Shown here one piece after another: positions 1-10,580 of a stretch of 64,000 nt of DNA. Source of the stretch: an uncultured Gammaproteobacteria bacterium. Lineage in GTDB: Bacteria > Patescibacteriota > Microgenomatia > Levybacterales > UBA12049. How positions within the stretch are numbered: position 1 is the stretch's first letter; every line of letters starts with the position of its first letter. The stretch covers positions 434,361 through 498,360 of the forward strand of contig CAZAZU010000001.1 in assembly GCA_964490105.1 (NCBI GenBank), written 5' to 3'. A program made the position numbers and the translations under genes. The notes beneath the pieces were generated by a model, which saw nothing but the letters and a program-made list of their open reading frames with translations, was not told the DNA's origin and searched no databases.

Positions 1-55
1 CCTCCTTCTGTGATACTTCAAGCTCGGAATAAATTATTTGCTTAATGGGACTCAT
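1..55 (-). CDS. 5' fragment of a gene running off the left edge (MSPIKQIIYSELEVSQKE...)
   Basis: ATG at 55-53 overlaps the TGA stop of 52..1710 (ATGA coupling, as elsewhere in the locus); frame is open to the window edge. Confidence 0.5.
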   Translation of the reverse strand, partial: MSPIKQIIYSELEVSQKE

Positions 56-1710
56 TTCTTAATTTTAATGTATTTATCCCACATAAACAAACAAAATAAA
101 ATAAGAGCCGAAAATACTGTCATTACAAGCGAGATGGTTTGAAGTCTGGTACTTTTCAAAACCACTTCAATGATATGTTCACCTTCTGGAACTCTTGCCT
201 TAAAAATTCCCTCCTTCGTAACTGTTAAAGGAACGGGAACTCCGTCGATCTTAACTGTCCAGCCAGGGAAATGGGCTATATTTATTAAAATTTCCCCATC
301 CCTGTCCCCTTTTAAAATAAATTTTTCTTTTGTAACACTACTCGAAATCGGACTAATCTTAAAGCCATCTGCTTTAACTCTTTCTTTTGCTGGAGTTAGT
401 TTTGCATTGAAATTAAGCGTATTGAAAACATTTCCCGGGCTATTAGTTCCATTTGTAAAATTCTCTCTTTTTAAGTAGTACTGATCATCCCTAAGATGAT
501 GGAATGGAGCCTTAATATAATCTAGTGAAAATCCGATGGAAAGCACTATTAATAATATTGAAATGATTATTCTCACTTTTTCATTTTTTATTAAATTCTG
601 AGATACTATAAAACCTGCCAGAAAAGAAGACGTTAGAATCACGACACTTAAAAGTCTCCATGGGAACTGAACATATGGAATAAAAGGAACATTTTTCCAA
701 GTAAATTCAGAAAAGGGTGTTATTAAAAAAACCGCAAAAATAAATATGAACAAGAAGTATCCGATCATATTGTTTCTTTTTTTAAAGATAAAAATAAGTA
801 AACAAATCATGACTACTAGTATATTTGCTATGCCAATTTGAAAAGACATTTGATCAGGAACATTCACTCCTGAGAAACCATAGCCCCAGGAAGAATAAAT
901 TAGTTTATAAACAACCGGAAAATGCTGGGTTGGATCAAAAATTTGAAGCCCTCTGACGTATTTAGTTTCGAGAATTGCAGGTAGCCAAAAAATCGCTGAA
1001 AGCCCAGTCCCCAGAACTGAAATAAAAATCGCAGAACTAAATTCCTTTAATTTATTTCGAGCGTCTTGTTTCTTAGCAAAGGAAAGAAAAAATGCATACG
1101 AAAGAAAAAAGGTAAAAAATACGACCGCAAGGATATTATGCGCAAGAACGATTAGCGCAATAGAACATGACGAAAATACAAAATATTTTATTTTTTTTGA
1201 ATCAAAATAAGATTGATATCCCCATAAAAGCATCGGCGCCAAGCCAAGACTCCATACTTCCCCAACAGACCCTCTAACATAAATGTCTAAAAGATGGTAC
1301 GGAGAGTACGCATAGAAAACAGCACTTACCACCGCCCCCCATTCACCCCAAAACTTCTTAGTCCATAAATAAAAGAATATTGATCCCACGATTGTAGCTA
1401 GGATCATATTTAACTTGAGTGAATCAATAAAACTAAATCCCAGTAAATGAGTGAATGATGCTACGTAATTTGGGAGTGGGTACACATAATTAAAAAGCGG
1501 AATTCCATAACCATTATTAAAATCTTGTGCCCATCTCGGATAAAGCGTCCCCTCATTTATAGATTTAAAAAACTGCTCAAACCTCATCACATGATATTCG
1601 CCATCATGAGTAGGAGGAATCCCGTAAGAAACCAGACTCCATACAGACAAGCCCGATATTAGTACTGCAAGAAATAGAAACTTATATTTTAAAAATGCTT
1701 CCTTTATCAT
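52..1710 (-). CDS. GT-C-fold multi-TM glycosyltransferase-like protein, 6-pyruvoyl-tetrahydropterin synthase-related/YfhO-like family
   Basis: THDGEYH acidic motif after TM1, PRW...GYGIPLFNY, DIYVRGSVGE, QFPWRLL, and a C-terminal FPGW...VPEGEH extracytoplasmic domain followed by a final TM. Confidence 0.75.
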   Translation of the reverse strand: MIKEAFLKYKFLFLAVLISGLSVWSLVSYGIPPTHDGEYHVMRFEQFFKSINEGTLYPRWAQDFNNGYGIPLFNYVYPLPNYVASFTHLLGFSFIDSLKLNMILATIVGSIFFYLWTKKFWGEWGAVVSAVFYAYSPYHLLDIYVRGSVGEVWSLGLAPMLLWGYQSYFDSKKIKYFVFSSCSIALIVLAHNILAVVFFTFFLSYAFFLSFAKKQDARNKLKEFSSAIFISVLGTGLSAIFWLPAILETKYVRGLQIFDPTQHFPVVYKLIYSSWGYGFSGVNVPDQMSFQIGIANILVVMICLLIFIFKKRNNMIGYFLFIFIFAVFLITPFSEFTWKNVPFIPYVQFPWRLLSVVILTSSFLAGFIVSQNLIKNEKVRIIISILLIVLSIGFSLDYIKAPFHHLRDDQYYLKRENFTNGTNSPGNVFNTLNFNAKLTPAKERVKADGFKISPISSSVTKEKFILKGDRDGEILINIAHFPGWTVKIDGVPVPLTVTKEGIFKARVPEGEHIIEVVLKSTRLQTISLVMTVFSALILFCLFMWDKYIKIKK

Positions 1711-3517
1711 CGCTATAGATTAGTTGGAAATCTTCAAAATGATTAATATTCATAATAATAGAGTTTTTTGCAAAATCATCCTTATAAATAATAATATACG
1801 ATATTTCCTCTTCTTTCAGAATATTCCTCAAGCGCTTAATATCCTGAGTTTCAAACATAATACGCCTTTTGGTTAATCTTTCTTCAGGGTTTCCTCCATA
1901 AAGAAAAATATAATGACTTCTACCTAGGTAAGTTTTTTTTCCAGCAATTGATGCCGGGTCGTAGATTTCTCCATTTGTTAAAACTAAACTATCCATAGGT
2001 ATGTTAACTTGAATAAACTTTGTAATTCCATTTGATTTATAGTCTGGAATCAGCTCCCTGACATCATTTTTTATTGTTAAAAAATTTAGAAAACCAGAAA
2101 ACAAAAAAATACAAATTAAAGGCGGAATAAATAATTTATAAATATGATTTTTCTTAAATAGATAAATAATTGCATAAGAAGCATAAAAATAAAATGAGAT
2201 GATCCATAAGTTAAGGAATTTATGATTATCAAAAATATCTTTAGTAAACTGGAAAATATTCGGAAGAATAAATAATGGCAGAAACAAGATCAGAAGCGAT
2301 CCCTTCGCCCTGCCCGCTTTCCAAATTCCAATTATAAAAAAACTTATAGATAACCCAAAATTCGCAATCCAATACTTGGAAAACGATGAAATACTTAAAT
2401 TATCGGCCACCATAAAACCTGGGTTAAAAATTATTGAATTATCGGAATTTTTTATTATCGAGAAAAGCTGAGGAGAGGAAATGATAATTGCTGTAAATAA
2501 CATGTACACATAACCCTTCCTATTTATTGGCATAATTACTAAAGACATCGCAATAATTATTAGTCCTGATAAAAAAATTTGAGTATTCCAAAATGGCATT
2601 AAGCCAATCAGGCTTCCTAAAATTATTGCCTGAAAAACAGATATTTTTTTATTTACACTTGTGTAAATAAAATAAACCAATAAAAGTACTGCGGCTAATG
2701 CCACTATGAGATGCCTCTGATTTATAAATGTATTCAGAGTCCAGAATACGGAAATTGTATTATTTCCGAATGGTGAATCTAGGAGAAAAACAGAATTATT
2801 CCATATTTCTCTAAAACTAATTCCTTTATCTACGAAAAAGCTTATAAAAGAAATACTAGGAGTGAAAAGAAAAAATATTACGCTTAATAACCCGACTGCT
2901 TTACTCTCAAAAAACAGCATCCCTAGTCGAAAAATAATCAACAATAAAAGAGTAAAGAATATTGCAGAAATTAGATTAAATGCAAGCGAAATATTAAGTC
3001 CCAAATACTCTAAAATACCCACATAAAAATCAAACATAAAATGATAAACAAGATTAGAATTCCCAAAAAAAGGTATCTCTGCAGGAAAATTGTTACCCAA
3101 AGAAAAAGAACGCACGAATGGAATATGAGCACCGAAATCAAGATAAGTATTAGATGAAATTAAAAAATTTCCCTGATCATATGAAAATGATTTATTCATA
3201 ATATAGTAAGATAAAACAAAAAATAAAATACTAATAACAGTAGTCGGGGACCGCATATTTCTTGCTTCAAACAAAATATTTTTTATACTTCTTACTTTTA
3301 AAACTAGCAATATAAATGAAATTATAAAAAAGAAAAGAAGACTTTTATGCAAATCATGAGTCAAATATGAAGTGACAATATAAAGTAAAGAAACTGAAAG
3401 TACAGACCCTAATATAAATGCTGAAATTGCATTTATTAATTTATCCTTTATATTAAAAATGCGAGCAAGGAAAAGCCCATCTAAGAAAACTAATCCCAAG
3501 AAAACAAATCCAATCAT
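1682..3517 (-). CDS. Multi-TM GT-C-like membrane protein (putative glycosyltransferase)
   Basis: Many hydrophobic segments, YLDFGAH...NFPAEIPFF...LVYHFMFD loop motif and a soluble C-terminal domain; the ATG at 3517 overlaps the upstream TGA (ORF track starts at TTG 3520). Confidence 0.6.
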   Translation of the reverse strand: MIGFVFLGLVFLDGLFLARIFNIKDKLINAISAFILGSVLSVSLLYIVTSYLTHDLHKSLLFFFIISFILLVLKVRSIKNILFEARNMRSPTTVISILFFVLSYYIMNKSFSYDQGNFLISSNTYLDFGAHIPFVRSFSLGNNFPAEIPFFGNSNLVYHFMFDFYVGILEYLGLNISLAFNLISAIFFTLLLLIIFRLGMLFFESKAVGLLSVIFFLFTPSISFISFFVDKGISFREIWNNSVFLLDSPFGNNTISVFWTLNTFINQRHLIVALAAVLLLVYFIYTSVNKKISVFQAIILGSLIGLMPFWNTQIFLSGLIIIAMSLVIMPINRKGYVYMLFTAIIISSPQLFSIIKNSDNSIIFNPGFMVADNLSISSFSKYWIANFGLSISFFIIGIWKAGRAKGSLLILFLPLFILPNIFQFTKDIFDNHKFLNLWIISFYFYASYAIIYLFKKNHIYKLFIPPLICIFLFSGFLNFLTIKNDVRELIPDYKSNGITKFIQVNIPMDSLVLTNGEIYDPASIAGKKTYLGRSHYIFLYGGNPEERLTKRRIMFETQDIKRLRNILKEEEISYIIIYKDDFAKNSIIMNINHFEDFQLIYSDDKGSIFKI

Positions 3518-4659
3518 CAATTACTATTTTTATAGGGTAGAAACTTAAGGAAACTTTTTATATCTATATTTTTAAAATCTTTAAGAACATATAAAACTAC
3601 GGCTATCAAGGGTATGTATGTTGCTAAAATTTTAATGATTGGTGTAACTCCAAAATGAGTTCCTAAATACATATAAGGAACGTACCTGAGCATTAGTCCA
3701 AATGAAAGAACAAATCCTAAAATCTTTAAAGTCTTTATATTTGTAAGTGAAATAAAAGTTAAAAACCATATTCCATACCATGGATATATTTCTTCTCTTA
3801 TTGGCGAAAGTAAGAAAACAATAAGCATTAAAAGTGCACTAGATATATATATTTTTTCCCAGTTAATTTTTCTTTTTTTAATTTTCTGAAAAATATAGTA
3901 AGTAAAAATTGGAATAAGAAATATTGTTGCGTATTTTATAAAAATAGAGATTATCAAAAGAATTAACGCTAAATATATTTTTTCTTTTTTTAGCAAATAA
4001 AATGAAAGAAGCGCAAAGAACATCATAGAAACATCATTATGTCCGGAAACGAATGTTTCAATTAGAACCAGAGGGCTTAACGCAAAATATGCTACGCTTT
4101 CAACTCTACCGGTCAATTTATAAATCAAATATAATATTCCAAAATAAAAAACCACCACAAAAAGCTTGAAGTTAAACAAAGTTAAAATAAAATTATTTAA
4201 TCCCAACAAATAAGGAATGCCGGTCATTGTCACCCATGAGGGACCATATAATGCCACTTTATTCGCTGCGTGAGTAAAGTTTAAATAGGGATCGCCAATA
4301 AATTCTATAGGCATAACAATAAATGGATTTTCCTGATACCAAAACAAAATTTTTGCTGTAAATATATAGTTAAAAATATCATACGAAAGAATTGCTGGGT
4401 ATGATAAGAAAAGAAAAACAGCGGAAAGCATTATCAGATTCATCAATATTTTTTGCGTAATTTTTCTTAGGAAATAGAAGTAAAAAATAAAAAAAACTGA
4501 AATAAAAGATATATACAGCAATGTCACTATTTCTCTATTTAGATTTGCAAAACCCGTATATAAATTTGTCATATAAATCAAGTTTTGATCTACAAATAAG
4601 TAAGAAAAGAAGGTAAATCCCAGGAGAAATGTCCCATAGATAATTATTAATAACCTCAT
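3517..4659 (-). CDS. GT87/MptA-like polyprenol-phosphate-sugar-dependent glycosyltransferase
   Basis: LSYDIFNY, NPF, YGP, SPL...GHND and IKY motifs in a multi-TM protein. Confidence 0.7.
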   Translation of the reverse strand: MRLLIIIYGTFLLGFTFFSYLFVDQNLIYMTNLYTGFANLNREIVTLLYISFISVFFIFYFYFLRKITQKILMNLIMLSAVFLFLSYPAILSYDIFNYIFTAKILFWYQENPFIVMPIEFIGDPYLNFTHAANKVALYGPSWVTMTGIPYLLGLNNFILTLFNFKLFVVVFYFGILYLIYKLTGRVESVAYFALSPLVLIETFVSGHNDVSMMFFALLSFYLLKKEKIYLALILLIISIFIKYATIFLIPIFTYYIFQKIKKRKINWEKIYISSALLMLIVFLLSPIREEIYPWYGIWFLTFISLTNIKTLKILGFVLSFGLMLRYVPYMYLGTHFGVTPIIKILATYIPLIAVVLYVLKDFKNIDIKSFLKFLPYKNSN

Positions 4660-5186
4660 AAAACGCTATTTCTTATGTTAATAGAGTCATTTAAAATCTT
4701 CTTAAGATTAAGATTAGTCGGAGTGGAATTTTCCGGATTCCATTCAACCTCTTCAGGCAAATTCTCGCTAAGATGCCCTAAGGTTTCCATATGCTTCCTG
4801 GAAGCTTCTTTCAGTATCAGATCTCTCTCGGAAATATCTTTTCTATTTTTTTCCGCTTTTTCCAATGCGGGATGAATATTTTTAAAATATTCGTCTGACT
4901 TTTTAAGAGCATCTGCGGCGAGTAAATATTGCTTATACTCAAACAGGGTCTTTGCTTCTACTAAGTAATGATCCGCCTCTTTTAAGTTGTAATCAAATTT
5001 ACCAAAATCTCCAAAGTATATATACTTACTTATTCTAGAAATAAATAATCTAGGCTGATATAAAAAGTTACCCGGCATGTAGGAAGGGTAGGGTAATACG
5101 TAGCTTGATTCAGCAAATACAAACTTAGGGAAGGTTAAATTTATTATGAAAACAACAAGAATAGCTAAAAATATGTACTTAACCAT
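4656..5186 (-). CDS. DUF5667-like exported helical protein
   Basis: Signal-peptide-like N-terminus ending VFA, then YVLPYPSYMPGNFLY and a helical charged C-terminus. Confidence 0.55.
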   Translation of the reverse strand: MVKYIFLAILVVFIINLTFPKFVFAESSYVLPYPSYMPGNFLYQPRLFISRISKYIYFGDFGKFDYNLKEADHYLVEAKTLFEYKQYLLAADALKKSDEYFKNIHPALEKAEKNRKDISERDLILKEASRKHMETLGHLSENLPEEVEWNPENSTPTNLNLKKILNDSINIRNSVL

Positions 5187-6153
5187 TTTTACTATGCCAA
5201 AGCCAAGCTGATTTTACTATAGTTTCAATGTCAGAATATTTAGCTTCAAATCCTAGCTCTGTTTTTATCTTAGCTGGATCAGCAATTAACCTGTCAGCAT
5301 CCCCAGCTCTCCTTGGACAGGCCTCAATATCTGTTGTTAAGCCACTTACGCTCATGACAGTTTCAATAACTTTTTTATTTGAGACACCATTTCCGGTTCC
5401 TACATTGTAAAAATATCCACCCTTATTATTTAATATATGATTAAGCGCTAAAAAATGTGCTTCTACGAGATCAAGTACGTGTATATAGTCCCTAAGACAT
5501 GTTCCATCAGGAGTATCATAGTCAGTTCCAAACAATTTAAAACTACTCTTATTCATTACTGCCTTAATGGCAAGGGGAATTATATGTGTTTCAGGATTAT
5601 GTCCTTCCCCCATTTCACCATTAAAATCTGCGCCACTTGCATTAAAATATCTTAAACACGCAAAATTTATCAGTTGATTATCAGAACGCATAGATTTTAA
5701 GTATTCTTCAGTATTTAACTTTGATTCCCCATAAGGACTGGTCGGATTCTTCTCGTGATCTTCAGGAATTGGAATAATTTTTGGATTTCCATACACAGCT
5801 GCCGTGGAACTAAAAATATAATTATATACATTGTTCTCTGATGCAATTTTGAATAAATTTTTTGAACCTTCAGTATTATTTTCAAAATATATTTGAGGAT
5901 TTCTAGTAGATTCCTCAACTGAAATTAATCCAGCGAAATGAAGAATTGCGTCAATCTTTACTGACGAAAAAATTTCATTCAAAAGCTGAGTATTTCTTAT
6001 GTTTCCAATAATTAGTTTCGCTTTTGAATTTACCGATTCCTTATGTCCCCTTTCTAAACTATCCAAAACAATAACCTCATATCCTCTTTTGACAAGAGCG
6101 TCAGTCATAAAACTTCCGATATATCCAGCTCCACCGGTAACTAAAACTCTCAT
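5179..6153 (-). CDS. galE: UDP-glucose 4-epimerase GalE
   Basis: VTGGAGYIGS NAD motif, HFAG, FSSTAAVYG, YGESK catalytic YxxxK, LRYFNASGA, DGTCLRDYIHV. Confidence 0.93.
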   Translation of the reverse strand: MRVLVTGGAGYIGSFMTDALVKRGYEVIVLDSLERGHKESVNSKAKLIIGNIRNTQLLNEIFSSVKIDAILHFAGLISVEESTRNPQIYFENNTEGSKNLFKIASENNVYNYIFSSTAAVYGNPKIIPIPEDHEKNPTSPYGESKLNTEEYLKSMRSDNQLINFACLRYFNASGADFNGEMGEGHNPETHIIPLAIKAVMNKSSFKLFGTDYDTPDGTCLRDYIHVLDLVEAHFLALNHILNNKGGYFYNVGTGNGVSNKKVIETVMSVSGLTTDIEACPRRAGDADRLIADPAKIKTELGFEAKYSDIETIVKSAWLWHSKNG

Positions 6154-6248
6154 ACCAATATATTACAATAAGCAAAAAAAAATCGCTAATCCACTTTTCG
6201 CCTACTTCTTGATATTTGTCTTGTTTATGTGATAAGAATTTAGAATTA

Positions 6249-6932
6249 ATGTCATACGATAAATCAAAAATTAGCATAATAATTGCCTGCAAAAACGAAG
6301 GAGAAGGTATTCTTAAAATATTAAAATCTGTCAAAAATTATTCAGAGGATATATTGGTTATCGATGGTCATTCTGAAGATGGTACCAGAGAAATAGCAAA
6401 AAAAATGGGTGCTAGATTTTTTCTTGATCATAAATTAGGAAGAGGTGATGCTCTAAAAATAGGAATAAAAAATGCAAAAAAAGATATATTGGTTTTTTTT
6501 GATGCAGATGGATCACATAACGAAAAATATATTCCCTTGCTAGCAGCTCCGATTTTAAAAAACGAGGCCGACTTAGTTATTGGATCCAGACGAACTGGCG
6601 GAAGCTTCGACATGAATATTGATTTTATTGGAATAGTTAGATCAGTGGGATCGGATTTTTTAACTGCAATTGTAAATCACAAGTATAAAGTTAATCTAAC
6701 CGACATCTTATTTAGTCTCAGAGCTATTAAAAAATCAACTGCTATTGACCTTAAACTTAAATCAGATGATTTCTGTGTTGAGCAGGAAATGATCGTATCT
6801 GTACTTAAAAAAGGTTACGCTATAAAAGAAATTCCAACTCAAGAAATGGCAAGAAAATGGGGAAAATCAAAACTAAAAACCTTGACGGGTGTAAAATTCA
6901 TTTATTCATTATTGAAACAGACTTATTTTTAA
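6249..6932 (+). CDS. GT2 glycosyltransferase, DPM1-like (polyprenol-phosphate sugar synthase-like)
   Basis: SIIIACKNE, IDGHSEDGT, FFDADGSH, DLVIGSR, RKWGKSK; ATG 6249 preferred over the 6216 start in the ORF track. Confidence 0.8.
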   Translation: MSYDKSKISIIIACKNEGEGILKILKSVKNYSEDILVIDGHSEDGTREIAKKMGARFFLDHKLGRGDALKIGIKNAKKDILVFFDADGSHNEKYIPLLAAPILKNEADLVIGSRRTGGSFDMNIDFIGIVRSVGSDFLTAIVNHKYKVNLTDILFSLRAIKKSTAIDLKLKSDDFCVEQEMIVSVLKKGYAIKEIPTQEMARKWGKSKLKTLTGVKFIYSLLKQTYF

Positions 6933-6950
6933 TTTTTTAATATGGAGCAG

Positions 6951-7541
6951 TTAAACCTCACAATATTTAAGAGCCTGATCTGGAATCAAAATAATCCAGA
7001 AAATAGATAACGCTATTAATACAAAATAAGTTAATACAACCATTTTTGTATTCTTGGAACTTAGAAACTTAAAATGACCGTAAAAAGATAGTAAATTAAA
7101 AGGAATTGCGACTACTAGTAGTTTATAAATAAAAGATAATTTAAAATTAATAAGAACTTCAAATAACGGGATTCCAAACGAAATCAGTATCAGAAATCCT
7201 AATTTTTTATTTCTGTTTTTTGCATTGAGAAAATACCAGATTGAAATAACTACCCCAAAAACACCAACAAATGTTAACAACGTAATTAAAAGCTGAGGAT
7301 CAAGAAAATGAGTATATCTTTTATAGACGTCTATAAAAAATTGGAGTAACTTGTTATGAAATGTTCTTGCTAGCAAAACGGGTAAACCCTGATCGTGATT
7401 TATGGCATAAATAAGCTGAAGCTCTAAATCATATAAAGAGAAATGATAATAATCAAAAAAATTCTTGCACGCAGTCCACGCTTTTAAAGGAATCAATTGT
7501 AAAACTAATAATCCAAGAATTAAAAATACCTTTATTTTCAT
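6951..7541 (-). CDS. Small membrane protein resembling the C-terminal half of ArnT-like GT-C proteins
   Basis: N-terminal hydrophobic segment, ARTFHNK...FLDPQLL motif and about four TMs; ATG 7541 overlaps the upstream TGA. Confidence 0.55.
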   Translation of the reverse strand: MKIKVFLILGLLVLQLIPLKAWTACKNFFDYYHFSLYDLELQLIYAINHDQGLPVLLARTFHNKLLQFFIDVYKRYTHFLDPQLLITLLTFVGVFGVVISIWYFLNAKNRNKKLGFLILISFGIPLFEVLINFKLSFIYKLLVVAIPFNLLSFYGHFKFLSSKNTKMVVLTYFVLIALSIFWIILIPDQALKYCEV

Positions 7542-9070
7542 AATTTCCAAAATTGTGCAATTATATCTTCATTATTTTTTTGATCTAAAAAAACATTAAA
7601 TATAATTCCTTCAGAGTTTTGGGATCCATAAAATGGCCTAATATATAACACTTTTTTATTTCCCCACTCCTTTGGCTTATTCCATGTTACGTCGACCATC
7701 TCGGGAATTTCACCATTTGAATAAAATTTATAATATATTGGCGCAAAATTTAAATTTTTATCAACCACTATGTAATCATATTCGCTTCTTAATCTGTCAG
7801 TATTTATTACTATTTCCCTATAGCCTGCTCCCCAATCCTTTTGATTAACTTGTGGATAATGAACATAATAATAGTGCGAGTAAAAAATAAACTCAAAAAA
7901 TGCAATTATTAAAATCAAAGGTGCAATATATAGCCTAAATCTTTTTAAATTATCAAAAAAATATACTACGCCTAAAGAAACTAATACTAGTAAAGGCACT
8001 ACCATCAGAAGACTGCGCAAAGAATGCGGACTTGGAACAGCTAAGGAGGCAGGAAGCGGGGAAATTAATAAGAGAGCGACAACTAATATTTTTAAAATAT
8101 TTTTCTTTGATTTTAATAATGCATAGAGTCCTATTAATAAAAAGGGCAATTGCCATTTAAATAAAAGTCCGAATTCTGGTATCTGATGCCTGCCTATTCC
8201 ATCTCCGGTGTCAAATAAAAAGTAAAATGAAAAATAGGACAGATAATTTTTAAAAACTGCAAAAGGATACTCAATAATTTTCTGGGTATTCGTCATGATT
8301 CCTAGTTCTGAAAAGACACTTGTAGCGCTAAATCTTGCACTGCCTTGTCCTGAAAAACTAAACAAAAGAATTGGCAAGAACAAAATAGAAAAAGATATCA
8401 TTGATAGGATTATTTTTCTCCTATTCGTGGTGTCTTTGTAAAGACAAATTAATGAAAACCCACCAAAAACTAAAGGCGAAATAATTCGATATGAATGATA
8501 TGCATAAATACTTACTGCAAATAATATCGCAGCTAATAAAATAAAAATTATCTTCTTATTCTTCAGATAACTGAGCGAAAGAAAAACGGCAAGCAAAAAA
8601 AGAAATAGGGCCTGATTAGTTTCAAATCCACCTCTTGAAAAGTGAATATGCCAAGAAGAAATTCCCATTAAGAATGCTGAAAGTAATGCCACCCTTTCAA
8701 CAGTATCCTTGGAAATTTCCTTCTCAAATAAAAGCGCTTTTTTTACAATTAAATAAATTAATAAGATTGTTAGGATTCCAAAAAAAGCTGATGGAAATCT
8801 AATTGCAAATTCATTTTTACCAAATACTGCCATGGATACTGAAGTTGAGTAAATATAAACAGGCATCTTATAATCTCCAAATGATTTAAAAAATAAAGGC
8901 ATTCTATATTCATGCTCATCTTTTCCTGTCTTTAAAATCTCATGCGCATTATGGCCAATTGCAGCCTCATCTATGTAAAGACCTGGTGGGTTTGTATCTA
9001 TATTATAAAATCTCAATAAGAATGAAATAAAAATTATGACTACTAGAGCTAACTTATAATTTATCTTCAT
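7538..9070 (-). CDS. ArnT/PMT_2-family GT-C glycosyltransferase
   Basis: LRFY...PPGLYIDEA, G.DEH, SFGDYKMP, RFPSA, SWHIHFSRGGFE, GDGIGRH, PHSLRS. Confidence 0.85.
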   Translation of the reverse strand: MKINYKLALVVIIFISFLLRFYNIDTNPPGLYIDEAAIGHNAHEILKTGKDEHEYRMPLFFKSFGDYKMPVYIYSTSVSMAVFGKNEFAIRFPSAFFGILTILLIYLIVKKALLFEKEISKDTVERVALLSAFLMGISSWHIHFSRGGFETNQALFLFLLAVFLSLSYLKNKKIIFILLAAILFAVSIYAYHSYRIISPLVFGGFSLICLYKDTTNRRKIILSMISFSILFLPILLFSFSGQGSARFSATSVFSELGIMTNTQKIIEYPFAVFKNYLSYFSFYFLFDTGDGIGRHQIPEFGLLFKWQLPFLLIGLYALLKSKKNILKILVVALLLISPLPASLAVPSPHSLRSLLMVVPLLVLVSLGVVYFFDNLKRFRLYIAPLILIIAFFEFIFYSHYYYVHYPQVNQKDWGAGYREIVINTDRLRSEYDYIVVDKNLNFAPIYYKFYSNGEIPEMVDVTWNKPKEWGNKKVLYIRPFYGSQNSEGIIFNVFLDQKNNEDIIAQFWKL

Positions 9071-9071
9071 A

Positions 9072-10580
9072 TTATTTTTTTAACATTTTATAGACGTTTG
9101 TGCCATCTGGAAAACTCCATTTCTCTACTAAATTATACTTATCAGAGGGTGTTTTATAATTTATAAAGTCAATCTCAGTAACTTTAGTTACTTTTGGAAT
9201 AATTACATAAACTAATTTGGAATTTTGATCAACATTTTTATCATTCTTTTCGTCCTGCCAATTAAACAAATAATCATATTCGTAGGTATAAATTGCTGAG
9301 CTATAAGCTATGTACCCAAAATCTTTTTCCGCATCATTAAATACAAATTCTGCAATATGTGTTCTAGATCCCAAATCGGAATTAGTAAAGTTATTTTTTT
9401 CAAAAACATTTTGCAAATCACCACTCCTCGAAAACACTGCCAGCAATAAGGGAATAATTATTATGTATTTTCCCCAACTAATTTTACTTAAGAATAATCC
9501 GATAAAAAGTAAAAATAATATTTCAACGCCTATAAAATAATATGCCCAAGTGGGATTTTCATTAAATATGAATGATGAAATTAAGAAAAATGAGATAGTT
9601 AGAATTAATATTATTAAACGTATTTCAAATTTCTTAAATGTTATCTTTCTATTCAAAAATAAAATTAAAATAAATATAACAGTGATGCTAAAAATTAAAA
9701 CAGAGTAATAATTTGGAGCTCCTATTAAATCAGAAAATTTACTAAAAAAACTTGTTACTATGTCTCTGTCTGTCATTCCAGTTTGCCCAACCGATGCAGT
9801 GTTATAAACAATAGAATTGGTTATTGCTTTAATAAAAGTTTTTGACTGAATAAAATTATGTCTTATTTCAAATAATAAAAACGGAAAGAAAGAAAAACCA
9901 ATTCCCATAATTAACAGGAGAGTTTTTTTAAATAATAGACCAAGGGATTCTACGAATTTTTTTCTATATTCAAAAACGTGAACTAATACTAATGAGGATA
10001 TAAATGCGACAGTTGTGGGAATTCCAAATGATAAATGAAAGTTTGTAATTAACCCAACTAAAAATCCTAGCGCAATATAAACAAAACTCGCATTATGCTT
10101 TTTGTTATCAGAATTTATAAATAAATAAACCGCACCGATTAAGCATAGAGCGCCATAATGAACATTCCAAATTTGATTTGCATAACTTCCGAAATTCAGA
10201 ATAAACAGTAGCCAGATACTAATGAATATAAATAGTCCCCAACTTTTTGAAATTCTATAAAGGATAAAAGGGAAAATCGTAAAATAAGGAATAGTTAAAA
10301 GGGAAAAAACAACTACTCTTGGGTCCTTTGAAATTAAAGTAAGAACGCTAATTATCCATACCCAATATGGGCCGTAAAAAAGACCTGGAAGACCAGAGGG
10401 TTGCCCTATAAATGTAGGGTTTTCCAAATTTTTAAGAGCTAGTAGAAAATCTCTTGCAGGATCGTACCAAAATGCAATTCTTCCGAAATAAATATCCGAA
10501 ACCGAAACGATGAAAGGAACAATTGATACAAATAAAAAACATAGGGTAATATTTTTATTTTCTAATATTTTATTGATCAT
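9072..10580 (-). CDS. GT-C-like multi-TM glycosyltransferase
   Basis: FWYDPARD...FIGQPS...FYGPYW loop motif, FEIRHNF, many TMs. Confidence 0.7.
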   Translation of the reverse strand: MINKILENKNITLCFLFVSIVPFIVSVSDIYFGRIAFWYDPARDFLLALKNLENPTFIGQPSGLPGLFYGPYWVWIISVLTLISKDPRVVVFSLLTIPYFTIFPFILYRISKSWGLFIFISIWLLFILNFGSYANQIWNVHYGALCLIGAVYLFINSDNKKHNASFVYIALGFLVGLITNFHLSFGIPTTVAFISSLVLVHVFEYRKKFVESLGLLFKKTLLLIMGIGFSFFPFLLFEIRHNFIQSKTFIKAITNSIVYNTASVGQTGMTDRDIVTSFFSKFSDLIGAPNYYSVLIFSITVIFILILFLNRKITFKKFEIRLIILILTISFFLISSFIFNENPTWAYYFIGVEILFLLFIGLFLSKISWGKYIIIIPLLLAVFSRSGDLQNVFEKNNFTNSDLGSRTHIAEFVFNDAEKDFGYIAYSSAIYTYEYDYLFNWQDEKNDKNVDQNSKLVYVIIPKVTKVTEIDFINYKTPSDKYNLVEKWSFPDGTNVYKMLKK